A stretch of 64,000 bases of DNA from an uncultured bacterium. GTDB lineage: Bacteria; Nitrospirota; Thermodesulfovibrionia; Thermodesulfovibrionales; CALJEL01. Below the pieces are notes generated by a model. It was not told the DNA's origin, made no database searches, and saw only the letters and a list, made by a program, of their open reading frames with translations. Positions 55,417 through 64,000 of this stretch are shown in pieces. Each line of letters starts with the position of its first letter. Within the stretch, counting starts at the first letter, position 1. Both the position numbers and the translations under genes were made by a program. The stretch lies in contig CALJEL010000013.1 in the NCBI GenBank assembly GCA_938074335.1, positions 888-64,887 on the forward strand, written 5' to 3'.

Positions 55417-55446
55417 GTAAGGGGCAATTCATGAATTGCCCCTTAC
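55417..55446 (-). terminator. Perfect 30-nt palindrome directly after the small ORF at 55450
   Basis: gtaaggggcaattcatgaattgccccttac. There is no clear U-tract, so the terminator function is inferred. Confidence 0.5.
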
Positions 55447-55449
55447 AAA

Positions 55450-55659
55450 CTATATTAATATAATGCCATAATAGTAGCAGCAGAGTTCATTATCAAGGTC
55501 ATTGATAAAGGTCCTCTCTATTCCGTCTTCAAAGGCGATTCTCACAAAACAAAACCCACCTTCCAGAATAGAATGTCTTTCCTCAATAACCTCACCGACA
55601 CCCCATTCATGATTCTTTTTGTGCAATACCCTGTCACCGACCTTGAGATATAGTCTCAA
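55450..55659 (-). CDS. Small 69-aa protein, possibly a Tudor/SH3-like DUF3553-type fold
   Basis: The N-terminus VGDRVLHKKNHEWGVGEVIE resembles the GD.V.H..(F/W)G.G.V motif. Otherwise unassigned. Confidence 0.4.
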   Translation of the reverse strand: MRLYLKVGDRVLHKKNHEWGVGEVIEERHSILEGGFCFVRIAFEDGIERTFINDLDNELCCYYYGIILI

Positions 55660-55806
55660 ATATCCTCCTTATTTAAAATACCATAACAAAAAGGCTTATT
55701 ACCATATCCATTACTTCACCAAAAATCTAAACGAAAGCGAATTTGCCCATCTGTTGACTTTTTTCTTGCTTTAGCCTAAAATTAAATAAAAAATTCAGGA
55801 GAATTT

Positions 55807-56709
55807 ATGGCAACAAAGGTATTACTTGCTGACGACAGTATAACAATTCAGAAGGTGGTTGAACTGATTCTTACTGAGCAGGGTTTTGAGGTAAAGACAG
55901 TGAATAATGGCCAGGAAGCCATAACAGCCATGCTCTCCTATACTCCTGACATAGTACTTGCCGATGCAGAGATGCCCCTTCTAAATGGCTATCAGTTATG
56001 TGAAAGGATTAAAAACAATGCACGAACAAAACACATACCTGTGATACTCCTCGCAGGTGCCTTTGAACCAATTGATGCGGAACTGGCAAAAAATGTAAAG
56101 GCAGATGGAACCCTTACAAAACCCTTTGAGGCACAGGAATTGCTTAATAAGATAAATTCATTTTTAAGTAAAGAGCAAAGACAGGAAGAAATAATAGAAG
56201 AACCTGGGGAGATATTAACCTCTGAATCTGCTATTTCAGAACCCGTTGAAGAGGCTGTAATGGTTGAAGAAGAGGTGTGGGAAATTGAAGAGCCCGAGAT
56301 GGCCATAGAAAGAGCTGAAGAATCAATAACTCCTGTTGAAGAACAAAAAGAGGCAATTGCACAATTTGAAGAAAAACCTGTCAGAGAAGAAAAAGCTGCA
56401 CCAGCCATTCCACCCGTATCTGAAATTTCTAAGGAATCTCTTGAAAGGGCTATTATTGATGCCGTGAGACAGGTATTAGCAAGTTCTGATATTAATTCAG
56501 TAATTAGAGCAGCTGTAAAAGACTCTGTTGAAAAGATGCTTGCTGAAAGGCTTCCAGTCCTTGTAGAAGACCTTACAAAGGAATTACTTAAAGGTTCTCT
56601 TTCAGGGATCTCAAAGGAGATAGAGAAGGTGCTATGGGAGACCCTGCCTGACCTTGCTGAGATGCTGATTACAAAAGAGATAGAGAGGATAAAGGTCTCC
56701 TTATCCTGA
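55807..56709 (+). CDS. Response-regulator receiver fused to a Glu-rich linker and an unassigned C-terminal domain of about 100 aa
   Basis: LLADDS...VLADAEMP...TKPF receiver residues are intact. The linker is about 90 aa and rich in E, P and I. The C-terminal helical region is ...LPVLVEDLTKELL...LPDLAEMLITKEIERI. Confidence 0.75.
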   Translation: MATKVLLADDSITIQKVVELILTEQGFEVKTVNNGQEAITAMLSYTPDIVLADAEMPLLNGYQLCERIKNNARTKHIPVILLAGAFEPIDAELAKNVKADGTLTKPFEAQELLNKINSFLSKEQRQEEIIEEPGEILTSESAISEPVEEAVMVEEEVWEIEEPEMAIERAEESITPVEEQKEAIAQFEEKPVREEKAAPAIPPVSEISKESLERAIIDAVRQVLASSDINSVIRAAVKDSVEKMLAERLPVLVEDLTKELLKGSLSGISKEIEKVLWETLPDLAEMLITKEIERIKVSLS

Positions 56710-56725
56710 AAAATCTCTCCCTGCT

Positions 56726-59548
56726 ATGAAAGATATCAAATCCTTTGAACCAAAAAATTGTGAAGATAGGCTTTATAATTTCTGGATAACCCACAACCTC
56801 TTCAGGCCATCTGAGGAGGGAGGTGAAGCCTATTGTATCGTTATCCCCCCTCCAAATATTACAGGCTCCCTCCATATGGGTCATGCCCTTAATGCCACGC
56901 TTCAGGATATTCTTATAAGATGGAAGAGGATGCTCGGATTCAAAACCCTCTGGCTCCCTGGCACAGACCATGCTGGAATCGCCACTCAGAATGTGGTTGA
57001 AAGGATTCTTCAAAAAGAAAATCTCACAAGAGAGATTATTGGCAGGGAGGCCTTTATAAAAAGGGTGTGGCAATGGAAAGAGATATCAGGAGGTCAGATA
57101 ATCAATCAGCTAAAAAGACTTGGTGCATCCTGTGACTGGTCAAGGCAGAGGTTCACCATGGATGAAGGCCTCTCAAGGGCAGTTAGAGAGGTATTCGTAA
57201 GACTCTTTAATGAAGGACTGATATACAGGGATTACAGACTTATCAACTGGTGTCCGAGGTGTCACACAGCCCTTTCAGATCTGGAGGTGGAGTATGAGGA
57301 GGTTGAGGGAAGGCTTTATTATATAAGATATCCATTCTTTGATAAAAAGGGATACATCACTGTTGCCACAACAAGACCCGAGACCATGCTCGGTGACACT
57401 GCAGTTGCTGTGAATCCTGAGGATAAAAGATATTCATCTCTTATCGGAAAGGAGCTCCTTCTGCCGCTTACTGGCAGGAAGATAAAGATTATCGGTGATA
57501 GTGCTGTTGAAATGGAATTTGGCACAGGTGCTGTTAAGGTCACCCCTGCACATGACTTCACAGATGAGGAGATAGCAAAAAGACATAATTTACCTTCCAT
57601 AATAGTGATTGACAGGGATGCCAAGCTCACGCCTGAAGCTGGTAAAAAATATGAAGGACTTGACAGATATGTGGCCAGAAAGCAGGTAATAAATGATCTC
57701 AGGGCAGAGGGACTGCTTGAAAAAGAAGAACGCTACATCCATTCAATAGGTCACTGTTATAGATGTAAGACAGCCATTGAGCCCCTTCCAACCCTTCAGT
57801 GGTATGTGAAGATTGAACCCCTTGCAAGACCTGCCATAGAAGCTGTGAGATCCGGCAGGATAAGGATAATCCCTGATTCATGGCTTAACAGTTATTATTC
57901 ATGGATGGAAAACATAAAGGACTGGTGCATCTCAAGGCAGATATGGTGGGGGCACAGGATACCTGTCTGGTACTGTCCTCAGTGTAAAGACGAAAGGGGA
58001 AGAAGACAGGGTGAAAGGATAATCATAAAGTTGTCAAAACCTTTATCCCTGAAGGGTGTTGTCAAAGAAAAGGCAACCTATGCAGAACTCAAGGACTGTG
58101 GTCTTTCTCATTCTGAGATCATATCCCTTATAGATTCCCTTGAGATGGACAGGGATATCAAACCAATTGTATCATCAACTGACATCAAGAACTGCCCTGA
58201 ATGTGGTTCAGAAGTCTTACAGGATACAGATGTGCTTGACACATGGTTTTCTTCTGCCCTTTGGCCCTTCTCTACCCTTGGATGGCCTGAAGATACAGAG
58301 GATCTCAAGACCTTTTATCCCACAAGTGTCCTTGTAACAGCCTTTGATATTCTCTTCTTCTGGGTAGCAAGGATGATAATGATGGGGCTTAAATTCATGA
58401 ACGATGTGCCATTCAGGGATGTCTATATCCATGCAATAGTGAGGGACGAAAAGGGTCAGAAGATGTCAAAGTCAAAGGGCAATGTGATTGATCCTCTTGT
58501 GATGATGGATAAATATGGCACAGATGCCTTCAGATTTACCCTTGCAGCCTTTGCTGCCCAGGGCAGGGATATAAGATTTTCAGAAGAGAGACTTGAGGGA
58601 TACAGGGCATTTGTTAATAAACTCTGGAATGCCTCCAGATTCATTGCCATGAATACAGAAGGGCTTAAAGAACTGCCAGGGGATGACTATATAAATAAAA
58701 AAAGGAAGTCCTTAAACCTTCCTTCTCGCTGGATACTTCATAGACTGGCACTTACAGCCGAGGAGCTTAACAGGGCCCTTCAGCAGTACAGGTTTAATGA
58801 TGCTGCCAGTTCAATATACCAGTTCATATGGCATGAGCTCTGTGACTGGTACCTGGAATTCTCCAAGATTTATCTTTATCAAATTTCTAATGGGTCTGAG
58901 AAAAAAGATACCCAGGAGGTGCTTCTTTATGTCCTTGAAAAGACCCTGAGACTTCTTCATCCCTTTATGCCTTTTGTAACTGAGGAGATATGGCAGCATA
59001 TACCCCACAGGGAAGTGAGCATCATGATAGCACCTTATCCAGAAAAGATGCAGACTGATGAAGAGGCGGAGCAGAAGATATCCTGTCTCCTTAATACTAT
59101 TATGAGTATAAGAACAATAAGAGGTGAACTCAATATCCAGCCATCAAAAGAACTTGAACTTCTTGTAAGGACCCCCTCAAGGGAGGCTACGGATATATTA
59201 AGAGAACATGAGCTACATATAAAGAAATTATCAAAGGTCAGCAATGTAAATATAGGAGAAGACATAACAAGGCCCAGGGGTTCTGCTGTTGCTGTGAGAG
59301 ATGGCCTTGAGATATATATACCGCTTGAAGGAATTGTTGATGTAAGTCAGGAGATAAATAGATTGAAAAAGGAACTGGGCTCAATTCTCAGGGAGATGGA
59401 ATTTATTAATAAAAAGCTTATGAATGAAGACTTCCTTAAGAAAGCACCACTTCATGTAGTGGAAAAAGAAAAAAAGGAATACGAAAGTTTAGTAATTAAA
59501 AAGCAGAAGCTAACAGAAAGCATAGAAAGGCTTAAAGAAATGCAATGA
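56726..59548 (+). CDS. valS: Valine--tRNA ligase
   Basis: PPPNITGSLHMGH, KMSKSKGN and a C-terminal coiled coil. 940 aa, with an enlarged zinc-knuckle insert. Confidence 0.95.
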   Translation: MKDIKSFEPKNCEDRLYNFWITHNLFRPSEEGGEAYCIVIPPPNITGSLHMGHALNATLQDILIRWKRMLGFKTLWLPGTDHAGIATQNVVERILQKENLTREIIGREAFIKRVWQWKEISGGQIINQLKRLGASCDWSRQRFTMDEGLSRAVREVFVRLFNEGLIYRDYRLINWCPRCHTALSDLEVEYEEVEGRLYYIRYPFFDKKGYITVATTRPETMLGDTAVAVNPEDKRYSSLIGKELLLPLTGRKIKIIGDSAVEMEFGTGAVKVTPAHDFTDEEIAKRHNLPSIIVIDRDAKLTPEAGKKYEGLDRYVARKQVINDLRAEGLLEKEERYIHSIGHCYRCKTAIEPLPTLQWYVKIEPLARPAIEAVRSGRIRIIPDSWLNSYYSWMENIKDWCISRQIWWGHRIPVWYCPQCKDERGRRQGERIIIKLSKPLSLKGVVKEKATYAELKDCGLSHSEIISLIDSLEMDRDIKPIVSSTDIKNCPECGSEVLQDTDVLDTWFSSALWPFSTLGWPEDTEDLKTFYPTSVLVTAFDILFFWVARMIMMGLKFMNDVPFRDVYIHAIVRDEKGQKMSKSKGNVIDPLVMMDKYGTDAFRFTLAAFAAQGRDIRFSEERLEGYRAFVNKLWNASRFIAMNTEGLKELPGDDYINKKRKSLNLPSRWILHRLALTAEELNRALQQYRFNDAASSIYQFIWHELCDWYLEFSKIYLYQISNGSEKKDTQEVLLYVLEKTLRLLHPFMPFVTEEIWQHIPHREVSIMIAPYPEKMQTDEEAEQKISCLLNTIMSIRTIRGELNIQPSKELELLVRTPSREATDILREHELHIKKLSKVSNVNIGEDITRPRGSAVAVRDGLEIYIPLEGIVDVSQEINRLKKELGSILREMEFINKKLMNEDFLKKAPLHVVEKEKKEYESLVIKKQKLTESIERLKEMQ

Positions 59549-60396
59549 GCATCCCTCCTGAGATAAGGGAATTTTTTAAAAAGGTACTTTTAGAGGATAT
59601 ATCATATCGTGACATAACTACTGAACTTATTATCCCTCCTGAAAGCACCTCAGCTGCAATTATCAAGGCAAAGGAAGATTTTATACTGGCAGGAATGCCC
59701 TTTGTTAAAGAACTCTTTAAGATTTATGACCCTCAGATTACCTTCAATATTTTAAAAGAAGATGGCTCCGAGATAAATGATGGAGATATACTTGCAGAGA
59801 TTAAAGGGAAAACCCGTTCGATACTTGCCTGTGAAAGGACAGGTCTTAATATCTTACAAAGGCTCTCAGGTATTGCAACCCTCACAAAGAAATTTGTCAT
59901 GGAAATAAATGGCACAGGTTGCAGGATCCTTGATACAAGAAAGACAACACCAGGAATGAGATATCTTGAAAAATATGCTGTTAGAACAGGTGGGGGCTAC
60001 AATCACAGGTCAGGCCTTTATGATGGGATACTCATTAAGGATAATCATATAAAGGTAGCTGGAGGCATCAGAAAGGCAATAGATACCTTAAAAGATAACA
60101 GGGCCTTCCATCACCTTTTAAAGATCGAGGTTGAGGTAAAGGATATTGCCGGGGTGAAGGAGGCAATAGAGGCAGGTGCAGATATTATAATGCTTGATAA
60201 TATGGATATAGAGGAAGTCAAAAAGGCAGTAAGGATCATCAGAGAGAAAGACCCCTCTATACTCATAGAGGCCTCCGGGAATATAAATCTTAAAAATGTC
60301 CGTGCCATTGCTGAGACAGGTGTTAACTTCATATCAGCAGGAATGCTCACCCATTCAGCAAGGGCAGTGGATATCAGCCTGAAGATTATTGATTAG
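59545..60396 (+). CDS. nadC: Nicotinate-nucleotide pyrophosphorylase (carboxylating)
   Basis: DIT......ERT.LN.LQ..SGIAT......DTRKT.PG.R..EKYAV..GGG..HR. Confidence 0.9.
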   Translation: MSIPPEIREFFKKVLLEDISYRDITTELIIPPESTSAAIIKAKEDFILAGMPFVKELFKIYDPQITFNILKEDGSEINDGDILAEIKGKTRSILACERTGLNILQRLSGIATLTKKFVMEINGTGCRILDTRKTTPGMRYLEKYAVRTGGGYNHRSGLYDGILIKDNHIKVAGGIRKAIDTLKDNRAFHHLLKIEVEVKDIAGVKEAIEAGADIIMLDNMDIEEVKKAVRIIREKDPSILIEASGNINLKNVRAIAETGVNFISAGMLTHSARAVDISLKIID

Positions 60397-60431
60397 AATC
60401 GAAGGGCTGTTAGCTCACCACGCATGGAGGA

Positions 60432-61046
60432 CTATACATACAGACCTCCATGTCGTTGCCCCCCTGCTCTTATATAATATTCATGCATAATTAGTCTTCT
60501 CTTTAATTCTATGCCGAGGTTATAACCACATAAGGCTCCTCCGCTTCCCACTATCCTGTGACAGGGTATCACAATAGGTAAGGGATTTTTCTTGAGTGCC
60601 TGACCTACGGCCCTGCAAGCAGAGGGAATCCCTATCTGCCTTGCGAGCCAACCATAGGTCCTTGTTTCTCCAAAAGGTATCCCTTTCAGTTTATGCCAGA
60701 CAGAAAGCTCAAATTCAGAAAAATATGAGATTTCCTCTTTAAGGTCAAGGACTGTCCTTAATTGAAAGGAAACCCTTTTACCGGAAAAATATTCCATGAA
60801 CTGAGAATGGATATATTCCGGTAACTTTTTCCTTTTAACCCTCGGTTCAGGGCCGCACTCATACCCCGAAAAATCTGACAATTTTGAGACCCCGCTTTTT
60901 TTAAAATAAAAAGGAAATCTCTTTTCTATTACTTCACCTGAAAGGGCAGTAGATATTCCGTAGAGAATCTCCTCATCAAAAAGGATAGAAAAGCTACCAA
61001 ATATCGTATCTATCTCATCAAGGCAAAGGATCTTGTCATTATCCAT
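60432..61046 (-). CDS. ogt: Methylated-DNA--protein-cysteine methyltransferase (Ogt/MGMT)
   Basis: C-terminal VW..L..IPFGETRTYG.LA......RAVG.A...NPLPIVIPCHRIV with the PCHR active site. The N-terminal domain is longer than usual. Confidence 0.85.
   Translation of the reverse strand: MDNDKILCLDEIDTIFGSFSILFDEEILYGISTALSGEVIEKRFPFYFKKSGVSKLSDFSGYECGPEPRVKRKKLPEYIHSQFMEYFSGKRVSFQLRTVLDLKEEISYFSEFELSVWHKLKGIPFGETRTYGWLARQIGIPSACRAVGQALKKNPLPIVIPCHRIVGSGGALCGYNLGIELKRRLIMHEYYIRAGGQRHGGLYV
60855..60897. repeat. Decayed copy of hairpin module 2, inside the ogt reading frame
   Basis: gcactcataccccgaaaaatctgacaattttgagaccccgc aligns with cagcaccccagaaaatctgacgattttctggggaccccgc of locus A. It encodes ...KKSGVSKLSDFSGYECG... 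Confidence 0.6.
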
Positions 61047-61059
61047 TACCTGACTGACT

Positions 61060-63993
61060 TCACACCGTTAAGGCAGAGGAATGATAGACCTCTACCCTGT
61101 CACCACCCAGTCTGATTGCCTCTTTAAGTGCCCTCTCAGCACACCAGAGCAATTCTTCAGCTGTCTGAGCCTCAAGGAGTGCAAGACCAACACTCACAGT
61201 AACCCTCCCTTTGGGCAGGGTCTCTGCATAGAGGAATGGATGATTTTTTATGATAGCACTGAATCTATTTCCAAGGGACCTGGCTGCCTCAAAGGATGTA
61301 TTTGCAAGTATTATGGCGAAGGCATCACCCCCGTATCTGACCACCACATCAGAACCCCTTGTATTCTTCTTAAGAAGCTCGGCGATCTTTTTGAGAACAA
61401 GATTTCCGTAAAATTCACCTCTTTCAGAAACATATCTTCCAAAGAAATCAACATCAAGCAGTAAAAGATTGAGCGGTAGTTTATATCTATGTGCCCTCTC
61501 CACCTCCTGAGCAAGCCTCAGGACAAGATATCTGTGATTGAAAAGACCTGTGAGGTCATCAACAAGACGTGCCTTCCTTGGATAGAGCATTTCCAGTTCC
61601 TGTATATGTGAAATGAGATCCTTAGGTTCAAAGGTATGCCTTTTTATGATTCTCTCAATTCGACCAAGGAGTTCAAGCCTTTCATCTACAGGTATATCCT
61701 TCTGAGTCAATAAGAAGAGCGGTATATCTTTACTTACTGGATTTTCCTTTAATTGTCTGACCATATCAAAGCCCGATATATCAGGTAGATCCAAGCCAAT
61801 CAATATCATGGAAGGCCTTACAGCAGAGGCAAGCTCAAGACCACTCTTTCCATCCTTTGCCTCATGAACAATAAAACCACCTGAAAAAAAAGTATCCTTA
61901 AGCTCAGTAAGAGAGCCTGGATCGCTCTCGATAATCAGGACACTTTTTGGTACCCTGTCCCTCTGCATTGATAAGGCAAGCTCCTCAAGTCTCAAAAGAA
62001 GCGCCTCCTTGTCAAGAGGTTTAAGAAGATAATCTGCTGCCCCAAGTGTGAAGGCAAGCTCCCTGTTGTCAACTATTGAATGTATTATAACAGGAATTGA
62101 AGATGTTTCCTCAAAGGCCTTCAGCTCCTGGAGGACCTCCCAGCCATCCTTTTTTGGAATCATTATATCAAGGATTATCGCAAAGGGCCTGAGCATCCTT
62201 GCCTTTTCTATCCCCTCTATTCCGTCATAGGCATGGGCAACCCTGTAACCAGCCTGGGTAAGATGGAGGGTAAGCAGCTCCACAGTAGCAAGGTCATCCT
62301 CTACAAGGAGTATAAGAGGTGCATCCTCTTTGTAGGTTTTAAAGTCCATTTTTGCTGTTTCCACCTCAAGGATTGATTCCTTTGCCTCAGGCACATAAGC
62401 AGGGATAAAGAAGGTAAAGGTGCTACCTTTCCCTGGAGCACTTTCAAGACTGAGCTCGCCTCCGTGAAGCTCTACAAGTCTTTTGGTTAAGGCGAGCCCA
62501 AGGCCAGCTCCTCCCACCTGCCTTGATAAGGATGAATCAGCCTGTTCAAATTCATCAAATATCCTCGCCTGATCCTCGGGTTTTATTCCTATGCCTGTAT
62601 CCCAGACAGAACAGAGGATTACCTCAGCATCAGGTGGCAGGCTTCCATACCTGCCCGCTATGTTTTTATCCTTCGTGATTACAAGACCTATTCTTCCAGC
62701 CTCAGGTGTAAATTTTATAGCATTGTTTAAAAGATTATAGAGTATCTGTTTCAGTTTTATCCTGTCAGCCGTAATATCTCCAACCCCTTCCTGAATATTG
62801 AGATGAACCCTGATATTCTTTCTTGATGCCATCAGCTCTATAGTCTTTATGACATCCTCAACAGTTTCCTTCAGTGAGAATGTCTCATAAACCATATCAT
62901 ATTTTCCGGATTCTATCTTTGAGAGGTCAAGGACATTGTTTATAAGCTCAAGAAGGTATTTACCTGCATTGTGGATATTCCTGATATATCTCTCCTGTTC
63001 AGGAGAAAGCCCCCCTTGGATTTTTTCCAGAAGGACCTCAGAAAAACCGAGGATTGTATTAAGAGGAGTCCTGAACTCATGACTCATATTGGCTATAAAT
63101 CTGGCCTTTGCATTATTAAGTCTTTCAAGTTCTATATTTGTCCTCTGCAGCTCCTCTATTTTTTTTTCAACATCAGCATCTTCCATCAATGGAAAACCTT
63201 TACCGAGAATTACAGAGGCAAAGGAAGATAATATACTGAGGATCAAATTATCTTTTTCAGTATAATCCCTCTGTCTTCTGTCCATAACAGACAGAACCGC
63301 CAGTGTTGTTGTCTGAAAATTTATGGGAACTGCAATAAGAGACCTTATATCCTCTTTAAGTAAAGGGTCTGAAAAATCGGGAAGATCTTTAATATTTCCA
63401 ATCCTGAGCCATTCACCTTTTTCAAAACAATCCCTGAAAATTCTTTCAAGCAAAGGGATATTACTCTCAAGGAATTTTTTACTCAGTCCGGATGAGGATA
63501 AAACCTTTAAAGAAGAATCCTCCAGCTTAACAAAGATCCCGGCAGAAGACTTTAAGAGACCCATTGCTATCTCCAGGAGTCTGGAATATAATTTCTCTGA
63601 GGGATAGCCTGTAATTGATCTCAGAAGATTCTCTATCTCTCTGATTGTATTCACCCATTCAGAGAGATCTGTCTTTATACTCTTATACCTGCCACCAGTA
63701 AGAAGAAAATACCTTGCTGCAATCGGGCCTATAACCTCTGCATGTAGTTCTATCCTCAACCTCTCAGAAAGTTCTGTATCCTCTGTCATATTAATTATAA
63801 GGTCAGGACTGTATCTCTTTAATGGTTCTATTTCTTTCAAGACAGGGATGCCCCATTTTTTTGCCAGCACCGCTCCTGGTGCATTATCGGAGGGCTCTAC
63901 AACTGCAGAAACACGGATCTCAGGCTCTTCCCTCAGGAAGGAGAGAAGTGTACCTCCACCCACGCTACCACCTATTATGACAACCTTTATCAA
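61060..63993 (-). CDS. Hybrid signalling protein: Rossmann-like N-terminal domain, GAF, HisKA/HATPase, REC, REC and a degenerate GGDEF domain
   Basis: KVVIIGGSVGGG...; GAF-like 140-260; H-box MSHEFRTPLN; DTGIGI, GGAGLGL; two receivers (ILDIMIP, LIGLDLP); C-terminal RGSDVVVRYGGDAFAIIL. Confidence 0.85.
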   Translation of the reverse strand: MIKVVIIGGSVGGGTLLSFLREEPEIRVSAVVEPSDNAPGAVLAKKWGIPVLKEIEPLKRYSPDLIINMTEDTELSERLRIELHAEVIGPIAARYFLLTGGRYKSIKTDLSEWVNTIREIENLLRSITGYPSEKLYSRLLEIAMGLLKSSAGIFVKLEDSSLKVLSSSGLSKKFLESNIPLLERIFRDCFEKGEWLRIGNIKDLPDFSDPLLKEDIRSLIAVPINFQTTTLAVLSVMDRRQRDYTEKDNLILSILSSFASVILGKGFPLMEDADVEKKIEELQRTNIELERLNNAKARFIANMSHEFRTPLNTILGFSEVLLEKIQGGLSPEQERYIRNIHNAGKYLLELINNVLDLSKIESGKYDMVYETFSLKETVEDVIKTIELMASRKNIRVHLNIQEGVGDITADRIKLKQILYNLLNNAIKFTPEAGRIGLVITKDKNIAGRYGSLPPDAEVILCSVWDTGIGIKPEDQARIFDEFEQADSSLSRQVGGAGLGLALTKRLVELHGGELSLESAPGKGSTFTFFIPAYVPEAKESILEVETAKMDFKTYKEDAPLILLVEDDLATVELLTLHLTQAGYRVAHAYDGIEGIEKARMLRPFAIILDIMIPKKDGWEVLQELKAFEETSSIPVIIHSIVDNRELAFTLGAADYLLKPLDKEALLLRLEELALSMQRDRVPKSVLIIESDPGSLTELKDTFFSGGFIVHEAKDGKSGLELASAVRPSMILIGLDLPDISGFDMVRQLKENPVSKDIPLFLLTQKDIPVDERLELLGRIERIIKRHTFEPKDLISHIQELEMLYPRKARLVDDLTGLFNHRYLVLRLAQEVERAHRYKLPLNLLLLDVDFFGRYVSERGEFYGNLVLKKIAELLKKNTRGSDVVVRYGGDAFAIILANTSFEAARSLGNRFSAIIKNHPFLYAETLPKGRVTVSVGLALLEAQTAEELLWCAERALKEAIRLGGDRVEVYHSSALTV

Positions 63994-64000
63994 TCCTTAG

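Overview
This is a 64-kb chromosomal window from a moderately AT-rich bacterium. Gene content (sigma54 activator, c7-type cytochromes, FmdE, CimA-type citramalate synthase) suggests an anaerobe, but the lineage cannot be fixed from sequence alone. About 58 protein genes are supportable. Most are housekeeping: pdxJ-acpS-nnr-pgeF, ilvD, truD, nrdR-glyA-rpiB, yceD-rpmF-plsX-fabH, rpsO-pnp, coaE-ribF, ispE, pabB-pabC-pyrF-dcd, cimA-lysC, valS-nadC. I saw no rRNA, tRNA, CRISPR array, transposase, integrase or phage genes. Five things stand out. (1) At 14.9-27.4 kb, all on the minus strand, lies a molybdenum island. It holds a Tat-exported 1072-aa TtrA/PsrA-like molybdopterin oxidoreductase, a 4x[4Fe-4S] subunit and two tandem triheme cytochromes, with no membrane anchor. 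A readable sigma54 promoter and two GTTAC-N6-GTAAC sites lie upstream. The apparent controller is a secreted double PhnD-like binding protein plus a histidine kinase and an NtrC-type activator. Downstream is a translationally coupled CheY-FmdE-small ORF unit, then a ModE-N gene and a molybdopterin-binding gene. (2) A non-coding repeat family is built from 8-nt-periodic tandem arrays and nested hairpins. One full copy of about 375 bp has terminal inverted repeats, and several partial copies exist. Pieces of it sit in frame inside three genes: the molybdopterin-binding gene, the pabB tail and ogt. (3) The PriA homologue keeps its zinc-binding cysteines but has lost every ATPase/helicase motif. 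(4) An AT-rich single-gene lhgO island is bracketed by about 40-bp direct repeats. (5) A 977-aa hybrid kinase ends in a degenerate GGDEF domain (GGDAF) with an intact RxxD site. All functional calls come from my own reading of the translated ORFs and motifs; no database search was possible.
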